Assembly (NCBI GenBank): GCA_903909375.1
Contig: CAIVVM010000049.1
Span: 16,568-80,567, forward strand
Direction of reading: 5' to 3'
Source: an uncultured Alphaproteobacteria bacterium
GTDB lineage: Bacteria > Pseudomonadota > Alphaproteobacteria > Caulobacterales > Caulobacteraceae
DNA: 64,000 nt
The position numbers and the translations under genes were made by a program. The notes beneath the pieces are model-generated. The model was not told where the DNA came from. It made no database searches and saw only the letters and a list, made by a program, of their open reading frames with translations. Of this stretch, positions 21,432 through 30,826 are shown in pieces (positions within the stretch are counted from its first letter, which is position 1; each line of letters starts with the position of its first letter).

Positions 21432-22361
21432 TCAGGCCACCAGCTTTCCGACCTCGGCCACCTCATCGGGCGTGAGCCGCCACTCCGCGGTGGCGGCGTT
21501 GGTGCGGACCTGCTCCGGCGACGTGGCGCCGGCGATCACCGAGGACACCGCCTCGTGACCCAGTAGCCAGGCGAAAGCCAGTTCCAGAATGGTGTGGCCG
21601 CGCTCGCCCGCCCACGCCTCGAGCGCCTCGATCCGGTCGAAGTTGCGGTCGCTCATCGCCTGGGCGCCGCGCGCGCCCCAGGCGGCCAGCCGTGTGCCTT
21701 CCGGCGGCGCCTCGCCGCGCTTGTACTTGCCCGACAGCAGGCCCGATGCGAGGGGGAAGAACGGCAGGAAGCCCAGGCCGAAGTGCTCGCAGGCCGGCAG
21801 CACCTCGCGCTCAACGTCGCGCTCCAGCAGGGAGTAGAGGTTCTGTGCTGACACAAACCGCGTCTGGCCGGCGGCGCTCCAGTCGGCGTCGGCGATCTGC
21901 CAGCCGTTATAGTTGGAGTTGCCGAGGTAGCGGACCTTGCCCTGGGTGACGAGGTCGTCCAGCGCGCGCAGCGTCTCGTCCACCGGCGTGTCGCCGTCGG
22001 GCTGATGGTGCTGATAGAGGTCGATGTAGTCGGTGCCGAGGCGGCGAAGGCTATCCTCGACCGCCGTCATGATCCAGCGGCGAGATCCCCCGCGCTTCCT
22101 GGGGTCCTGGCCGATCTGCATGCCGAACTTGGTGGCCAGCACGATCTCGTGGCGTCGCTTGCCCAGCGCCTTGCCCAGAAACACCTCAGACTGCGTTCCG
22201 CCATAGATATCGGCCGTATCGAACAGGGTGATGCCCGCGTCGATGGCGGCGTCCACGACGGCCTGGGTCTGGGCCTGGTCGATCCGCATGCCGAAATTGT
22301 TGCAGCCCAGGCCCACTACACTGACCTTCAGCCCCGAGTTACCCAGCCGGCGCACCTTCAT
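21432..22361 (-). CDS. Aldo/keto reductase
   Basis: GLGCNNFG, FDTADIYG, SLRRLGTDYIDLY and PFFPLASGLLSGKY. Confidence 0.92.
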   Translation of the reverse strand: MKVRRLGNSGLKVSVVGLGCNNFGMRIDQAQTQAVVDAAIDAGITLFDTADIYGGTQSEVFLGKALGKRRHEIVLATKFGMQIGQDPRKRGGSRRWIMTAVEDSLRRLGTDYIDLYQHHQPDGDTPVDETLRALDDLVTQGKVRYLGNSNYNGWQIADADWSAAGQTRFVSAQNLYSLLERDVEREVLPACEHFGLGFLPFFPLASGLLSGKYKRGEAPPEGTRLAAWGARGAQAMSDRNFDRIEALEAWAGERGHTILELAFAWLLGHEAVSSVIAGATSPEQVRTNAATAEWRLTPDEVAEVGKLVA

Positions 22362-22433
22362 CCGTCATCTCCCGTATCTGTTGTCGGGCCGGTTCTAGCT
22401 GTCCCGGCGAGGGAAGCGCCAGCGGGATCATGC

Positions 22434-22449
22434 TTAAGCCGACGTTCAC
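22434..22449 (+). promoter_or_regulatory. Putative CtrA binding site upstream of cpaB
   Basis: TTAA-GCCGACG-TTCAC matches TTAA-N7-TTAAC with one mismatch; a TTAAC half-site follows at 22484-22488. Confidence 0.55.
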
Positions 22450-22526
22450 TTTGCTTGTTGGCGATGTCGCAAGTGGGTCGTCGTTAACGTGTTCACATCA
22501 AACAGAAACTCGCGGCGGATCAGTAG

Positions 22527-23474
22527 ATGCGGCTCGTAACCATCGCCAGCCTTGGAGTTTCCGCGGTTCTCGGCCTCGGCGCTCTCTTCGTGGCCAAGAT
22601 CGCGCTGCCCAGCGCCTCGGCGGCGAAGAGTCCGGTTGCCCAAGAGATGAAGGGCGCGCCGCTCGTCGTCGCCGCCCGCGCGATCAAGTACGGCGAGAAG
22701 CTGGACGCCGGCATGCTGAAGGTGATCAAGGCCCCCGAGAACGCTGTGCCCGCCGGAGCCTTCACCACCGTCGCCGCCGCGTTGGCCGCGGACCACGGCG
22801 GCGCGCCCGTGGTGCTGTTCCCGATTTCCGAGCGCGAGGCGATCCTGCCCACCAAGGTCTCCGGCCCGGGCGCGCGGCCGTCGGTGGCCGCCGAGGTGGC
22901 CGAAGGGATGCGAGCCTATGCGGTGAAGGTGGATGACGCCACGGGCGTGGGCGGTCATGCCTTGCCCGGCGATCGCGTGGACGTGGTGCTGATGCGCGAC
23001 CTGACGCCCACCGGGCCCGAGCGGAATTTCATCTCCTATGTGGTGGTGCAGAACTCCCGCGTGCTGGGCGTCGACCTGAACGCCGATCCCACCTCGAACA
23101 AGCCGGCCAGCCCCAACACGGCCACCCTCGAAGTCTCGGTCGAGGACTCACAGAAGCTCTCTGTGGCGTCCACCCTGGGCACCCTGTCGCTGGCGTTGCG
23201 GCGCAACGGCGAGGCGGTCATCGCCGACGCCACACCCCTGCGCACCTCCGACTTTCTGGTGGGCAGCGGCGGCGGTCGCAGCACCGGGGGCGTCCGCGCT
23301 GTCTCGCGTGGTCCGGTCCGATCGTACTCGGCGATCCTGATCATCGAGGGCGAACCCTCCAAGCGTGGCGGCGGTTCGCGCCGGGCGCCCGCACCTGCTG
23401 CGCCCCCTGTGGCGAATGCGGCCGGCGCCGCCAGCCCCCAGGCCGGCTCCGCCGGCGTCGGCGCGATCGGATAA
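22527..23474 (+). CDS. cpaB: Flp/Tad pilus assembly protein CpaB (RcpC)
   Basis: N-terminal TM, SAF domain, GMRAYAVKVDDATGVGGHALPGDRVDV and TATLEV. Confidence 0.92.
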   Translation: MRLVTIASLGVSAVLGLGALFVAKIALPSASAAKSPVAQEMKGAPLVVAARAIKYGEKLDAGMLKVIKAPENAVPAGAFTTVAAALAADHGGAPVVLFPISEREAILPTKVSGPGARPSVAAEVAEGMRAYAVKVDDATGVGGHALPGDRVDVVLMRDLTPTGPERNFISYVVVQNSRVLGVDLNADPTSNKPASPNTATLEVSVEDSQKLSVASTLGTLSLALRRNGEAVIADATPLRTSDFLVGSGGGRSTGGVRAVSRGPVRSYSAILIIEGEPSKRGGGSRRAPAPAAPPVANAAGAASPQAGSAGVGAIG

Positions 23475-23477
23475 GAC

Positions 23478-24845
23478 ATGACCCCCCGTCGGATTTCCAG
23501 AACCGCCCTTGGCCTGCTGGCGCTTTCGCTCGCCCCGCTCGCCCCGCTCGTCCCGCTGGCTACGCCCGCCCCAGCGGCGGCGCAGTCGCTGTCGAGCGAA
23601 CCGGTGCTGCGCCGGACCATCCATGTCCCGCGCGACAAATCGCTGTCGTTCCGACTGCCCCAGGCGGCCTCGCGGATCGTCATCGCCCAGCCGGACATCG
23701 CCAAGGTCACGGCGACCAGCGACTCCAGCTTCTACGTCCAGGGCATCGAGTTCGGGTCCACAAACCTGTTGGTCTATGGCGCGGGCGGTCGGCTGCAGGA
23801 GGTAATCGACATCCGGGTCGGATACGACTCCGATGGCCTTCAGCAGGACTTCGCCGCCGCCTTCCCCGGCGAGGGGTTGAAGGTGCGAAACCTCGGCGAG
23901 GTGCTGATGCTGGCCGGAGAGGTTTCCACCACCGGCGTGCAGGCCGGCGCCGAACGGATCGCCGCCAAATATGCGCCGGACTCGGTCATTTCCCGTATCA
24001 CCGTGCGGGCGTCACAGCAGATCATCCTTGAGGTCCGTATCCTCGAGGCCAGCCGGAACGCCATGCAGGACCTCGGCGTGAACCTGAATGTGGCCAACGG
24101 GTCATTCTCGATGTTGAGCGGCTCCGGCCTGGTCGGCCTGACCCCCGCCGCCGGCGTCCTGACCACCCGTGGCGGATCGGGTAGCACACGGATCGACACC
24201 CAGATCCAGGCCCTGGAAGAGCGAGGCGTGATCCGGACCCTGGCCAAGCCAAATCTGGTCGCCATCTCCGGCGAGAAGGCCAGCTTCCTGGCGGGCGGGG
24301 AGTTCCCGTTTCCGGTGCCCACGCGTGACGGCATCACCATCGAGTTCCGCCCCTACGGCGTCCGTTTGAACTTCACCCCCAAGGTGCAGGATAACGGCTG
24401 GATCCGGATGAGTGTGGAGCCCGAGGTCAGCCAGCTGGATCCCAACCGATCCCTGACCATCAGTGGCGTCAACATACCGGCGCTGACCGTTCGTCGCGCA
24501 TCCACCACATTGGAGCTGAAGCCCGGCGACAGCTTCGCCATGGCCGGTCTGTTCCAGCACGACTACCAGAACAACACGGCCCAGACTCCCTGGCTCGGCG
24601 ATATCCCGGTGCTGGGCGCCCTGTTCCGCTCGGCGCAGTTCAAGCGCTCGGAGAGCGAGTTGCTGATCATCGTGACGCCACGTCTGGCCACCGCCGAGGA
24701 ACGCCAGATCACGCCGGTTGACAGCCTGCCTGGTCGCGAACCGTCTGCGGCGGACCTGTTCCTGCGCGGCAAGTCCCATGACCGACCCATGGCGCGTGAC
24801 CTTGGTCCGCCGGTCGCCGCCAACAGCTTTAGCGGGAAGAAGTAG
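23478..24845 (+). CDS. cpaC: Tad secretin CpaC (RcpA)
   Basis: LAKPNLVAISGEKASFLAGGEFP, PYGVRLNFTP, PWLGDIPVLGALFRS and ELLIIVTP. Confidence 0.92.
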   Translation: MTPRRISRTALGLLALSLAPLAPLVPLATPAPAAAQSLSSEPVLRRTIHVPRDKSLSFRLPQAASRIVIAQPDIAKVTATSDSSFYVQGIEFGSTNLLVYGAGGRLQEVIDIRVGYDSDGLQQDFAAAFPGEGLKVRNLGEVLMLAGEVSTTGVQAGAERIAAKYAPDSVISRITVRASQQIILEVRILEASRNAMQDLGVNLNVANGSFSMLSGSGLVGLTPAAGVLTTRGGSGSTRIDTQIQALEERGVIRTLAKPNLVAISGEKASFLAGGEFPFPVPTRDGITIEFRPYGVRLNFTPKVQDNGWIRMSVEPEVSQLDPNRSLTISGVNIPALTVRRASTTLELKPGDSFAMAGLFQHDYQNNTAQTPWLGDIPVLGALFRSAQFKRSESELLIIVTPRLATAEERQITPVDSLPGREPSAADLFLRGKSHDRPMARDLGPPVAANSFSGKK

Positions 24846-24853
24846 CGCCAGTC

Positions 24854-26065
24854 ATGTTGCGTTTGAAGTCCGCATCCCCGCCCCCTGCCAACCTGATCGA
24901 CGGCCGCCGCGTGCTCGCGCTGGGCGCCGCATTAGCGAACCTGATCGAGGGCCCCCTCCAGGGTGCGATCGTACAGATGGGGGCCATCCCCCAACTCCAG
25001 ACCCTGGCGGCTGGCGCGTTCGACCTGGTCCTGATCGACGCCGACGCCTGGGAGGCGCCGGCCCTGGCCGCGGCCGTCCAGGCGCTATCGGCGCTGAAGG
25101 CCTGCCCGCCGGTACTGGTGGTGGGCGCCAACCTGCCTGCCGGTCTGGTCCGCAACCTGATGCGGCTGGAGGCGGCCGACATCCTGGAGGCGCCCTATAC
25201 CGACCAACAGATGGCCGGGGAGATCCAGAATTTGCTGGCGCGCGCCCAACCCGTGCTTTCGGCGGCGACCGGCGAGGTCGGTGGCTCGCGTTGCTGGGCC
25301 GTGACCGGCGCGGTGGGGGGGTGCGGCGCCACCACCGTGGCGATCGAGATCGCCTACGGTCTGGCCACCCGCTCCGGCAAGGATCGCGGTGTCTGTCTTG
25401 TGGACCTGAACCTGACCGACGGGGCGGCTGCGGCCTATCTGGGTGTTGCGCCGACCATGCGCCTGTCAGACTTCGGCAACGCCGCCGACCGGATCGATGC
25501 AGCCATGCTGCAGGCCTTTGTGACCCCGATCTGCAAGGGTCTGGATCTGGTGGCCGGCGTGCGCGATCCATCCGCGTTCGAAACCGTAGGTCGCGACGCC
25601 ATCCTGCGCATGCTGGAGGTGGCCTGCGAGGTCTACGACTGGGTGATCCTGGATATGCCACGCCATCGCCGCAGCTGGACGCTGGAAGCGTTGGCCGGGT
25701 GCGATGAGGTGCTGGTGATCTCGGAGCTGACCGTTCCGGCCCTGCTGGCCGCGCGCGCCCAGTCGGACGAGATCGAGCAGGGGGTTGGCGTCGCTGTCGG
25801 TCTTCGTCCGCGGATCGTATTGAACCGCCTGGCCAACCGGATATTTGGACCTGCGCCCTCGGTCACGGAGGCCGAGAAGGCCCTTCAGCGCAAGGCCGAG
25901 GCCGGGGTCAGTTCGGACTGGGAAGCTGCCGCAGCGTCGGTCAATCTGGGCGGTCCGATCGCCCAGCACCGCCCGAAGTCGAAAATCGTCAAGGATATCC
26001 AGCAAATGGTCGAGCGGCTGGCCGTCCAGCCGCCGCGGCGCGACACCGCCCAGAAGGCCGCCTGA
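24854..26065 (+). CDS. cpaE: Pilus localisation protein CpaE/TadZ (receiver-like domain plus MinD-like ATPase)
   Basis: Deviant Walker A GAVGGCGATT, VCLVDLNL and position in the Tad cluster. Confidence 0.85.
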   Translation: MLRLKSASPPPANLIDGRRVLALGAALANLIEGPLQGAIVQMGAIPQLQTLAAGAFDLVLIDADAWEAPALAAAVQALSALKACPPVLVVGANLPAGLVRNLMRLEAADILEAPYTDQQMAGEIQNLLARAQPVLSAATGEVGGSRCWAVTGAVGGCGATTVAIEIAYGLATRSGKDRGVCLVDLNLTDGAAAAYLGVAPTMRLSDFGNAADRIDAAMLQAFVTPICKGLDLVAGVRDPSAFETVGRDAILRMLEVACEVYDWVILDMPRHRRSWTLEALAGCDEVLVISELTVPALLAARAQSDEIEQGVGVAVGLRPRIVLNRLANRIFGPAPSVTEAEKALQRKAEAGVSSDWEAAAASVNLGGPIAQHRPKSKIVKDIQQMVERLAVQPPRRDTAQKAA

Positions 26066-27456
26066 TGAGCCGTTTCAGCCTGGTCCGCTCCGCGCCCGCG
26101 CCGACCCCTGTCGCCCCGGCTGCGCCGCCACCGGTCGCGACCCCGGCGGCCCGGGTGGAATCCAAGCCGAAGTCGCCGGCGCGCGACGCCGGGCTGGACC
26201 TGCGTCTGCGGCTGCACGCCAAGCTTATCGAGGAACTGGATCTCGCCAAGCTGGACAAGCTGGACGAGGCGGAGCTTCGCCGTCAGGTGCTGGGTCAGGT
26301 CACCGAGTTCGCCCGCATCGAGCGCATGGCGCTGAACGCCAGGGAACTCGAGGCGCTGGGCGCCTCGATCTACGACGAGATGGTGGGGCTGGGACCCATC
26401 GAGCCGCTGCTGAAGGATGACTCGATCAACGACATCCTGATCAATGGACCCTATCAGGTTTACATCGAGCGGCGCGGTGAGCTGGAGCTCACCCCGATCC
26501 GCTTCCGCGACAACGACCACCTGTTGCGCATCGTCAACCGCATCGTCGCCGCTGTCGGCCGCCGGATCGACGAGAGCCAGCCGATGGTCGACGCGCGTCT
26601 GCCCGACGGCAGCCGGGTCAACGCCGCCATCCCGCCTGTGGCCATCGACGGCTGCTCGGTCTCTATCCGGAAGTTCTCCAAGAAGCCGCTTACGCTGGAG
26701 AAGCTGGTCGAATTCGGGGCCATGACCCAGTCGATGTCCGACTTTCTCTATGGGGCCGTCCGGAGCCGGGTCTCGACCGTGATTTCCGGCGGAACCGGGT
26801 CGGGCAAGACCACCCTGCTCAACGCCCTGTCCTCGGCGATCAGCGAGGGCGAGCGCCTGATCACCATAGAGGACGCGGCCGAGCTGCAGCTGCAGCAGCC
26901 GCACGTGGTGCGTATGGAAACCCGCCCGCCCAACATCGAGGGCAAGGGCGAGATCCGTCAGCGCGAGCTGGTCAAGAACGCCCTGCGGATGCGACCCGAC
27001 CGGGTGATCCTGGGCGAGGTGCGGTCGGAAGAAGCCTTCGACATGCTTCAGGCCATGAACACCGGCCACGAAGGCTCGATGGCGACGATCCACTCCAATA
27101 ATCCGCGCGAAGCCATCAGCCGTCTTGAACAGATGGTGGCCATGGGGGGGCTGAATATCGGCGCCGACGCCGTGCGTCACCAGATCGCCGCCGCCGTAGG
27201 GCTGGTGGTGCAGGTGATGCGCCTGTCGGACGGCAAGCGGAAGGTCACTCATGTCACCGAGATCACCGGCATGGAAGGCCAGGTCGTGCAGATGCAGGAC
27301 ATCTTTGTGTTCAACCGCACCCACACCGGCCCCGATGGCGAGGTGTTCGGCGAATTCCGCGCGACGGGCCTCAGGCCCCGCTGCCTCGACGAGATGATCC
27401 GTCGCGGCATTCCGTACGACACCGCCAACTTTGACCCCTCGAAGGTACTGGGCTGA
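26065..27456 (+). CDS. cpaF: Tad pilus ATPase CpaF (TadA)
   Basis: [41 protein letters not shown] and AMNTGHEG. Confidence 0.95.
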   Translation: MSRFSLVRSAPAPTPVAPAAPPPVATPAARVESKPKSPARDAGLDLRLRLHAKLIEELDLAKLDKLDEAELRRQVLGQVTEFARIERMALNARELEALGASIYDEMVGLGPIEPLLKDDSINDILINGPYQVYIERRGELELTPIRFRDNDHLLRIVNRIVAAVGRRIDESQPMVDARLPDGSRVNAAIPPVAIDGCSVSIRKFSKKPLTLEKLVEFGAMTQSMSDFLYGAVRSRVSTVISGGTGSGKTTLLNALSSAISEGERLITIEDAAELQLQQPHVVRMETRPPNIEGKGEIRQRELVKNALRMRPDRVILGEVRSEEAFDMLQAMNTGHEGSMATIHSNNPREAISRLEQMVAMGGLNIGADAVRHQIAAAVGLVVQVMRLSDGKRKVTHVTEITGMEGQVVQMQDIFVFNRTHTGPDGEVFGEFRATGLRPRCLDEMIRRGIPYDTANFDPSKVLG

Positions 27457-28424
27457 TGTTCGGGCTCGTGATCGACGCCAAGCTTGTGGTCATGGTGATG
27501 GTCGCCGCCGCCGTGTTCGCCGGCGTCCAGGGGCTGGTCGGCATGCTCACGGTCGCGACCCAGAAGCGCAAGCTGAACCAGCGCCTCAAGATCGGTGAGA
27601 AGGTTGAGGGGGTCTCTGCCCTGGTGATCGAGCTCAGGAAACGGCGGGGACTGACGTCGTCTGGCGGGCGCCCGGGTGGCCTGCGCTGGCTGTCCGACCT
27701 GATCGTCGCCTCCGGCCTGCCCTACGACCGGAGCAAATGGCTGATGTATCTGGCCGCCGCCACGGTGCTGGGTAGCATACTGGTTGGCGTCCCGACCCGC
27801 ACGCCACTTGGTTTTGCCGGCGGCGCCCTGCTGGGCGGCGTCGTCGCTCCGCTGGGACTGCTGAAGATGAAAGCGGGCCAGCGCGCGGCGGCGCTTGGCC
27901 TGCAGTTGCCCCAGGCGCTGGACATCATCGTGCGGTCGCTGGAAGCGGGGCACCCGGTGCCGTCCGCTGTCAATCTGGTGGGCCGCGAGTTGCCTGATCC
28001 CATAGGTACCGAGTTTGGCATGGCCGCAGACGAGATCGCCTACGGCGCCACCCTGGAGCAGGCGATCGAGCGGATGTCGGAGCGCTGCCAGCACCCTGAC
28101 GTCGACCTCTTTGCCGCCACCGTGCGCCTGCAGGAAAAGACCGGCGGCAATCTGACGGGCCTGCTCAAGCTCAACGCCCATACCGTGCGGGACCGCCACA
28201 AGATGCGGCTGAAGATTAAGGCCGCCTCCTCGGAAGGCCGCGCCTCGGCGATGATCCTGACGTCCGCACCCTTCATCGCCGTGGGCTTCATCATGATCTC
28301 CTCGCCACACTTCTACGGCGATGTCATCGACCAGCCGATGGTGAAGTACGGCCTGGCGGCGGTCGGCTTCTGGATCTTCCTCGGCAACATGATCATGCGG
28401 CGCATGATCGACATGCGGCTCTGA
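27456..28424 (+). CDS. tadB: Tad platform protein TadB
   Basis: QLPQALDIIVRSLEAGHP and EKTGGNL. Confidence 0.92.
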   Translation: MFGLVIDAKLVVMVMVAAAVFAGVQGLVGMLTVATQKRKLNQRLKIGEKVEGVSALVIELRKRRGLTSSGGRPGGLRWLSDLIVASGLPYDRSKWLMYLAAATVLGSILVGVPTRTPLGFAGGALLGGVVAPLGLLKMKAGQRAAALGLQLPQALDIIVRSLEAGHPVPSAVNLVGRELPDPIGTEFGMAADEIAYGATLEQAIERMSERCQHPDVDLFAATVRLQEKTGGNLTGLLKLNAHTVRDRHKMRLKIKAASSEGRASAMILTSAPFIAVGFIMISSPHFYGDVIDQPMVKYGLAAVGFWIFLGNMIMRRMIDMRL

Positions 28425-28428
28425 CGCC

Positions 28429-29379
28429 ATGAACCTTGAAACCATCATCTATCTTGTCGGCCTGGTTCTGACCGTCGGCGCGGTCGGCGGGCTTGGTCTG
28501 GTGGGGTTCGGCGAGCTGCGTACGCGCGCCCAGCGCCGCAACCGCCTGACCGGTACGGTCGAGGGCCGCCGCTCGGCCGGAAACGGGGCCGTCCCGGGCG
28601 CAGCGATTTCGGCCCAGTTGGTGGGCGCCGTGCGCAAACTGGGCCAGCAGAGCGCCGTCAGCGACCCGGCCAAGGTTTCGGAGATGCGCTCACGGCTGAT
28701 GCAGGCGGGGTTCCATTCCCGCGAGGCGCCGATCATTTTCCTGGGCGTCAAGGCGATCGGCCTGGCGCTGGCGACCCTGGGCGTGGTGCTGACGCTTCCG
28801 GCAATGATCGCTCACAAGGGTGGAAATCTCGTGGCCCTGGGGATCGCGGTGGGGCTCTCGCTGGCCGCCCTATACGGCCCCGACTTCGTGCTGAAACAGC
28901 GCAAGATCACGCGTGAGCGAGAGTATTCCGACGGGTTTCCCGACTTGCTGGATCTACTGGTGGCCTCGGTCGAGGCCGGCCTTTCGCTGGATGCGGGCGT
29001 CACCCGGGTGACCGAGGAGCTGGAGCGCCGCTACCCGACGCTGACGGTGCATCTGCGGTTCCTGGTGCTGGAACTGCGCGCCGGCCGCGCCCGCAAGGAC
29101 GCCTGGACCGCTTTCGCCGACCGTCTGGGCATCGACGACGCGCGCCAGCTGGCCACCATGCTGCGTCAGGCCGAGGAGATGGGCACAAGTCTGGGGGAGA
29201 CGCTCTCCGTGTTTTCCGCCGACATGCGTTCCAAGCGGATGCTGCGGGCCGAGGAGAAGGCACTGGGGCTATCGGCCAAGCTGACGGTGCCTCTGATCCT
29301 GTTTATCTTCCCCTCGCTGCTGGCGGCCCTGATGTTGCCGGCGGCGGCGCGGCTGGTTCATATCTTCGGCGACAAGTGA
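28429..29379 (+). CDS. tadC: Tad platform protein TadC
   Basis: FPDLLDLLVASVEAGLSL, QAEEMGTSL and AEEKA..LSAKLTVPL. Confidence 0.92.
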   Translation: MNLETIIYLVGLVLTVGAVGGLGLVGFGELRTRAQRRNRLTGTVEGRRSAGNGAVPGAAISAQLVGAVRKLGQQSAVSDPAKVSEMRSRLMQAGFHSREAPIIFLGVKAIGLALATLGVVLTLPAMIAHKGGNLVALGIAVGLSLAALYGPDFVLKQRKITREREYSDGFPDLLDLLVASVEAGLSLDAGVTRVTEELERRYPTLTVHLRFLVLELRAGRARKDAWTAFADRLGIDDARQLATMLRQAEEMGTSLGETLSVFSADMRSKRMLRAEEKALGLSAKLTVPLILFIFPSLLAALMLPAAARLVHIFGDK

Positions 29380-29395
29380 TCCGGGCGCGGTCGAA

Positions 29396-30091
29396 CTAGG
29401 CGGCTACGCCGAACATCAGGCCGACGCCCGCGGTGAGGGCCATGGCGGCGGCGCCCCAGAAGGTCACCCGCAACACGCTTTTCAGCACCGGCGCGCCGCC
29501 CGCCCTGGCGCCGACGGCGCCCAGCAGGACCAGGAACAGGATCGAGGCGATGGACACCGCCGGGGTGATCACGGCCTGGGGCGAGAAGGTCGCAGCCGCC
29601 AGCGGCAGGGCGGCGCCGACCGAGAAGGTCATGGCCGAGGTCAGGGCGGCCTGGATCGGCCTGGCCGCTGTAATCTCCGAAATGCCGAGCTCGTCGCGGG
29701 CGTGGGCGCCCAGGGCGTCCTTAGCCATCAGCTGGGTCGCCACCTGCCGGGCCAGGGCGGGCTCGACGCCGCGCGCCGCGTAGAGGCCAGCCAGTTCTTC
29801 GAGCTCGAACTCCGGCTGGGTGGCCAGTTCCGCCCGTTCCCGCGCCAGGTCCGCACCTTCGGTATCGGACTGCGAGCTGACCGAGACATATTCTCCGGCC
29901 GCCATCGACATGGCCCCGGCCACCAGGCCGGCCGCGCCAGCCACGAGGATCTCGTTTCGGCCCTGCGCCGCAGCCGCGACGCCGACAATGAGGCTGGCGG
30001 TCGAGACGATGCCGTCATTGGCCCCGAGCACCGCGGCGCGCAGCCAGCCGATCCGCTGCACCAGATGCCGTTCCGCGTGAAGTCGGCTCAT
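29396..30091 (-). CDS. VIT1/CCC1 family iron/manganese transporter
   Basis: WLRAAVLGANDGIVS, GAMSMAAGEYVSV and HARDELG. Confidence 0.9.
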   Translation of the reverse strand: MSRLHAERHLVQRIGWLRAAVLGANDGIVSTASLIVGVAAAAQGRNEILVAGAAGLVAGAMSMAAGEYVSVSSQSDTEGADLARERAELATQPEFELEELAGLYAARGVEPALARQVATQLMAKDALGAHARDELGISEITAARPIQAALTSAMTFSVGAALPLAAATFSPQAVITPAVSIASILFLVLLGAVGARAGGAPVLKSVLRVTFWGAAAMALTAGVGLMFGVAA

Positions 30092-30113
30092 CATCAGAAA
30101 GGGCTCCGTCGTT

Positions 30114-30665
30114 TCAGGTTCGCCGGACCCAAAGCATACGCTGAACGGTCCTGTCACGATCCAGCAGCAGGTGCTTCACAGCGCCCCCGACGTGCAGGAC
30201 GACGAGGGGCCAGAACAGCTTCGTCGCCAGACCGTGCACATCTTCCGCGAGGTCATGCAGCCACACGATACGGGTCGGAAACGGACTGGGCAGGCTGAAC
30301 AGGTCAAACACGGCGATGGCCCGCGGCGCAGACCACACCGCGAGCGGCCCTGTGACGATCAGCACGGCGATCATCAGCAGAAACAATCCCTGGACGACCC
30401 TCGCCGCGATCCGGAACCATTTGTTCCGCTCGAACGAATCCGGATGCGGTTGCGAAAGACTCCACAACAGCCGCGCCAGCAGGAAGGTGAACAGCAGCGC
30501 GCCGACGGAGACGTGAAGGCCCTGGGCGGCGGCTTTTGCGACCTTGTCCGGGGCGTCTTCCATCTGCTCGCCCAGCAAGTACATCGCTACGACGCCGATG
30601 GCGCTGATCCAGTGCAGGGCTATGGCGACCCAGCCGTAGCCGGCCCTCGTGTTGGTCAGTGACAT
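30114..30665 (-). CDS. Cytochrome b561 family protein (YceJ-like)
   Basis: YGWVAIALHW, HVSVG, H and LHVGGAVKH haem-ligand histidines in a 4-TM pattern. Confidence 0.88.
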   Translation of the reverse strand: MSLTNTRAGYGWVAIALHWISAIGVVAMYLLGEQMEDAPDKVAKAAAQGLHVSVGALLFTFLLARLLWSLSQPHPDSFERNKWFRIAARVVQGLFLLMIAVLIVTGPLAVWSAPRAIAVFDLFSLPSPFPTRIVWLHDLAEDVHGLATKLFWPLVVLHVGGAVKHLLLDRDRTVQRMLWVRRT

Positions 30666-30826
30666 GCGCCGATCTCCCGTAACCTTTCAGATCGGCGATC
30701 GCGTGCGGCGCTGCATTGATATGGCGCAACGGGCCAGATGTGCGCCGGGGCCTTCTATCCGGGGTCGGTTAGGCTAGAATGCGCCCCGATAGCGGCGTTG
30801 ACCGCCAGACCCAGGAACGCTCCGCC

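Noticed and set aside
30666-30826. SAM riboswitch upstream of metY
   Set aside because: No SAM-II/SAM-alpha or SAM-SAH consensus was recognised; only a short GCGG/CCGC hairpin is present.
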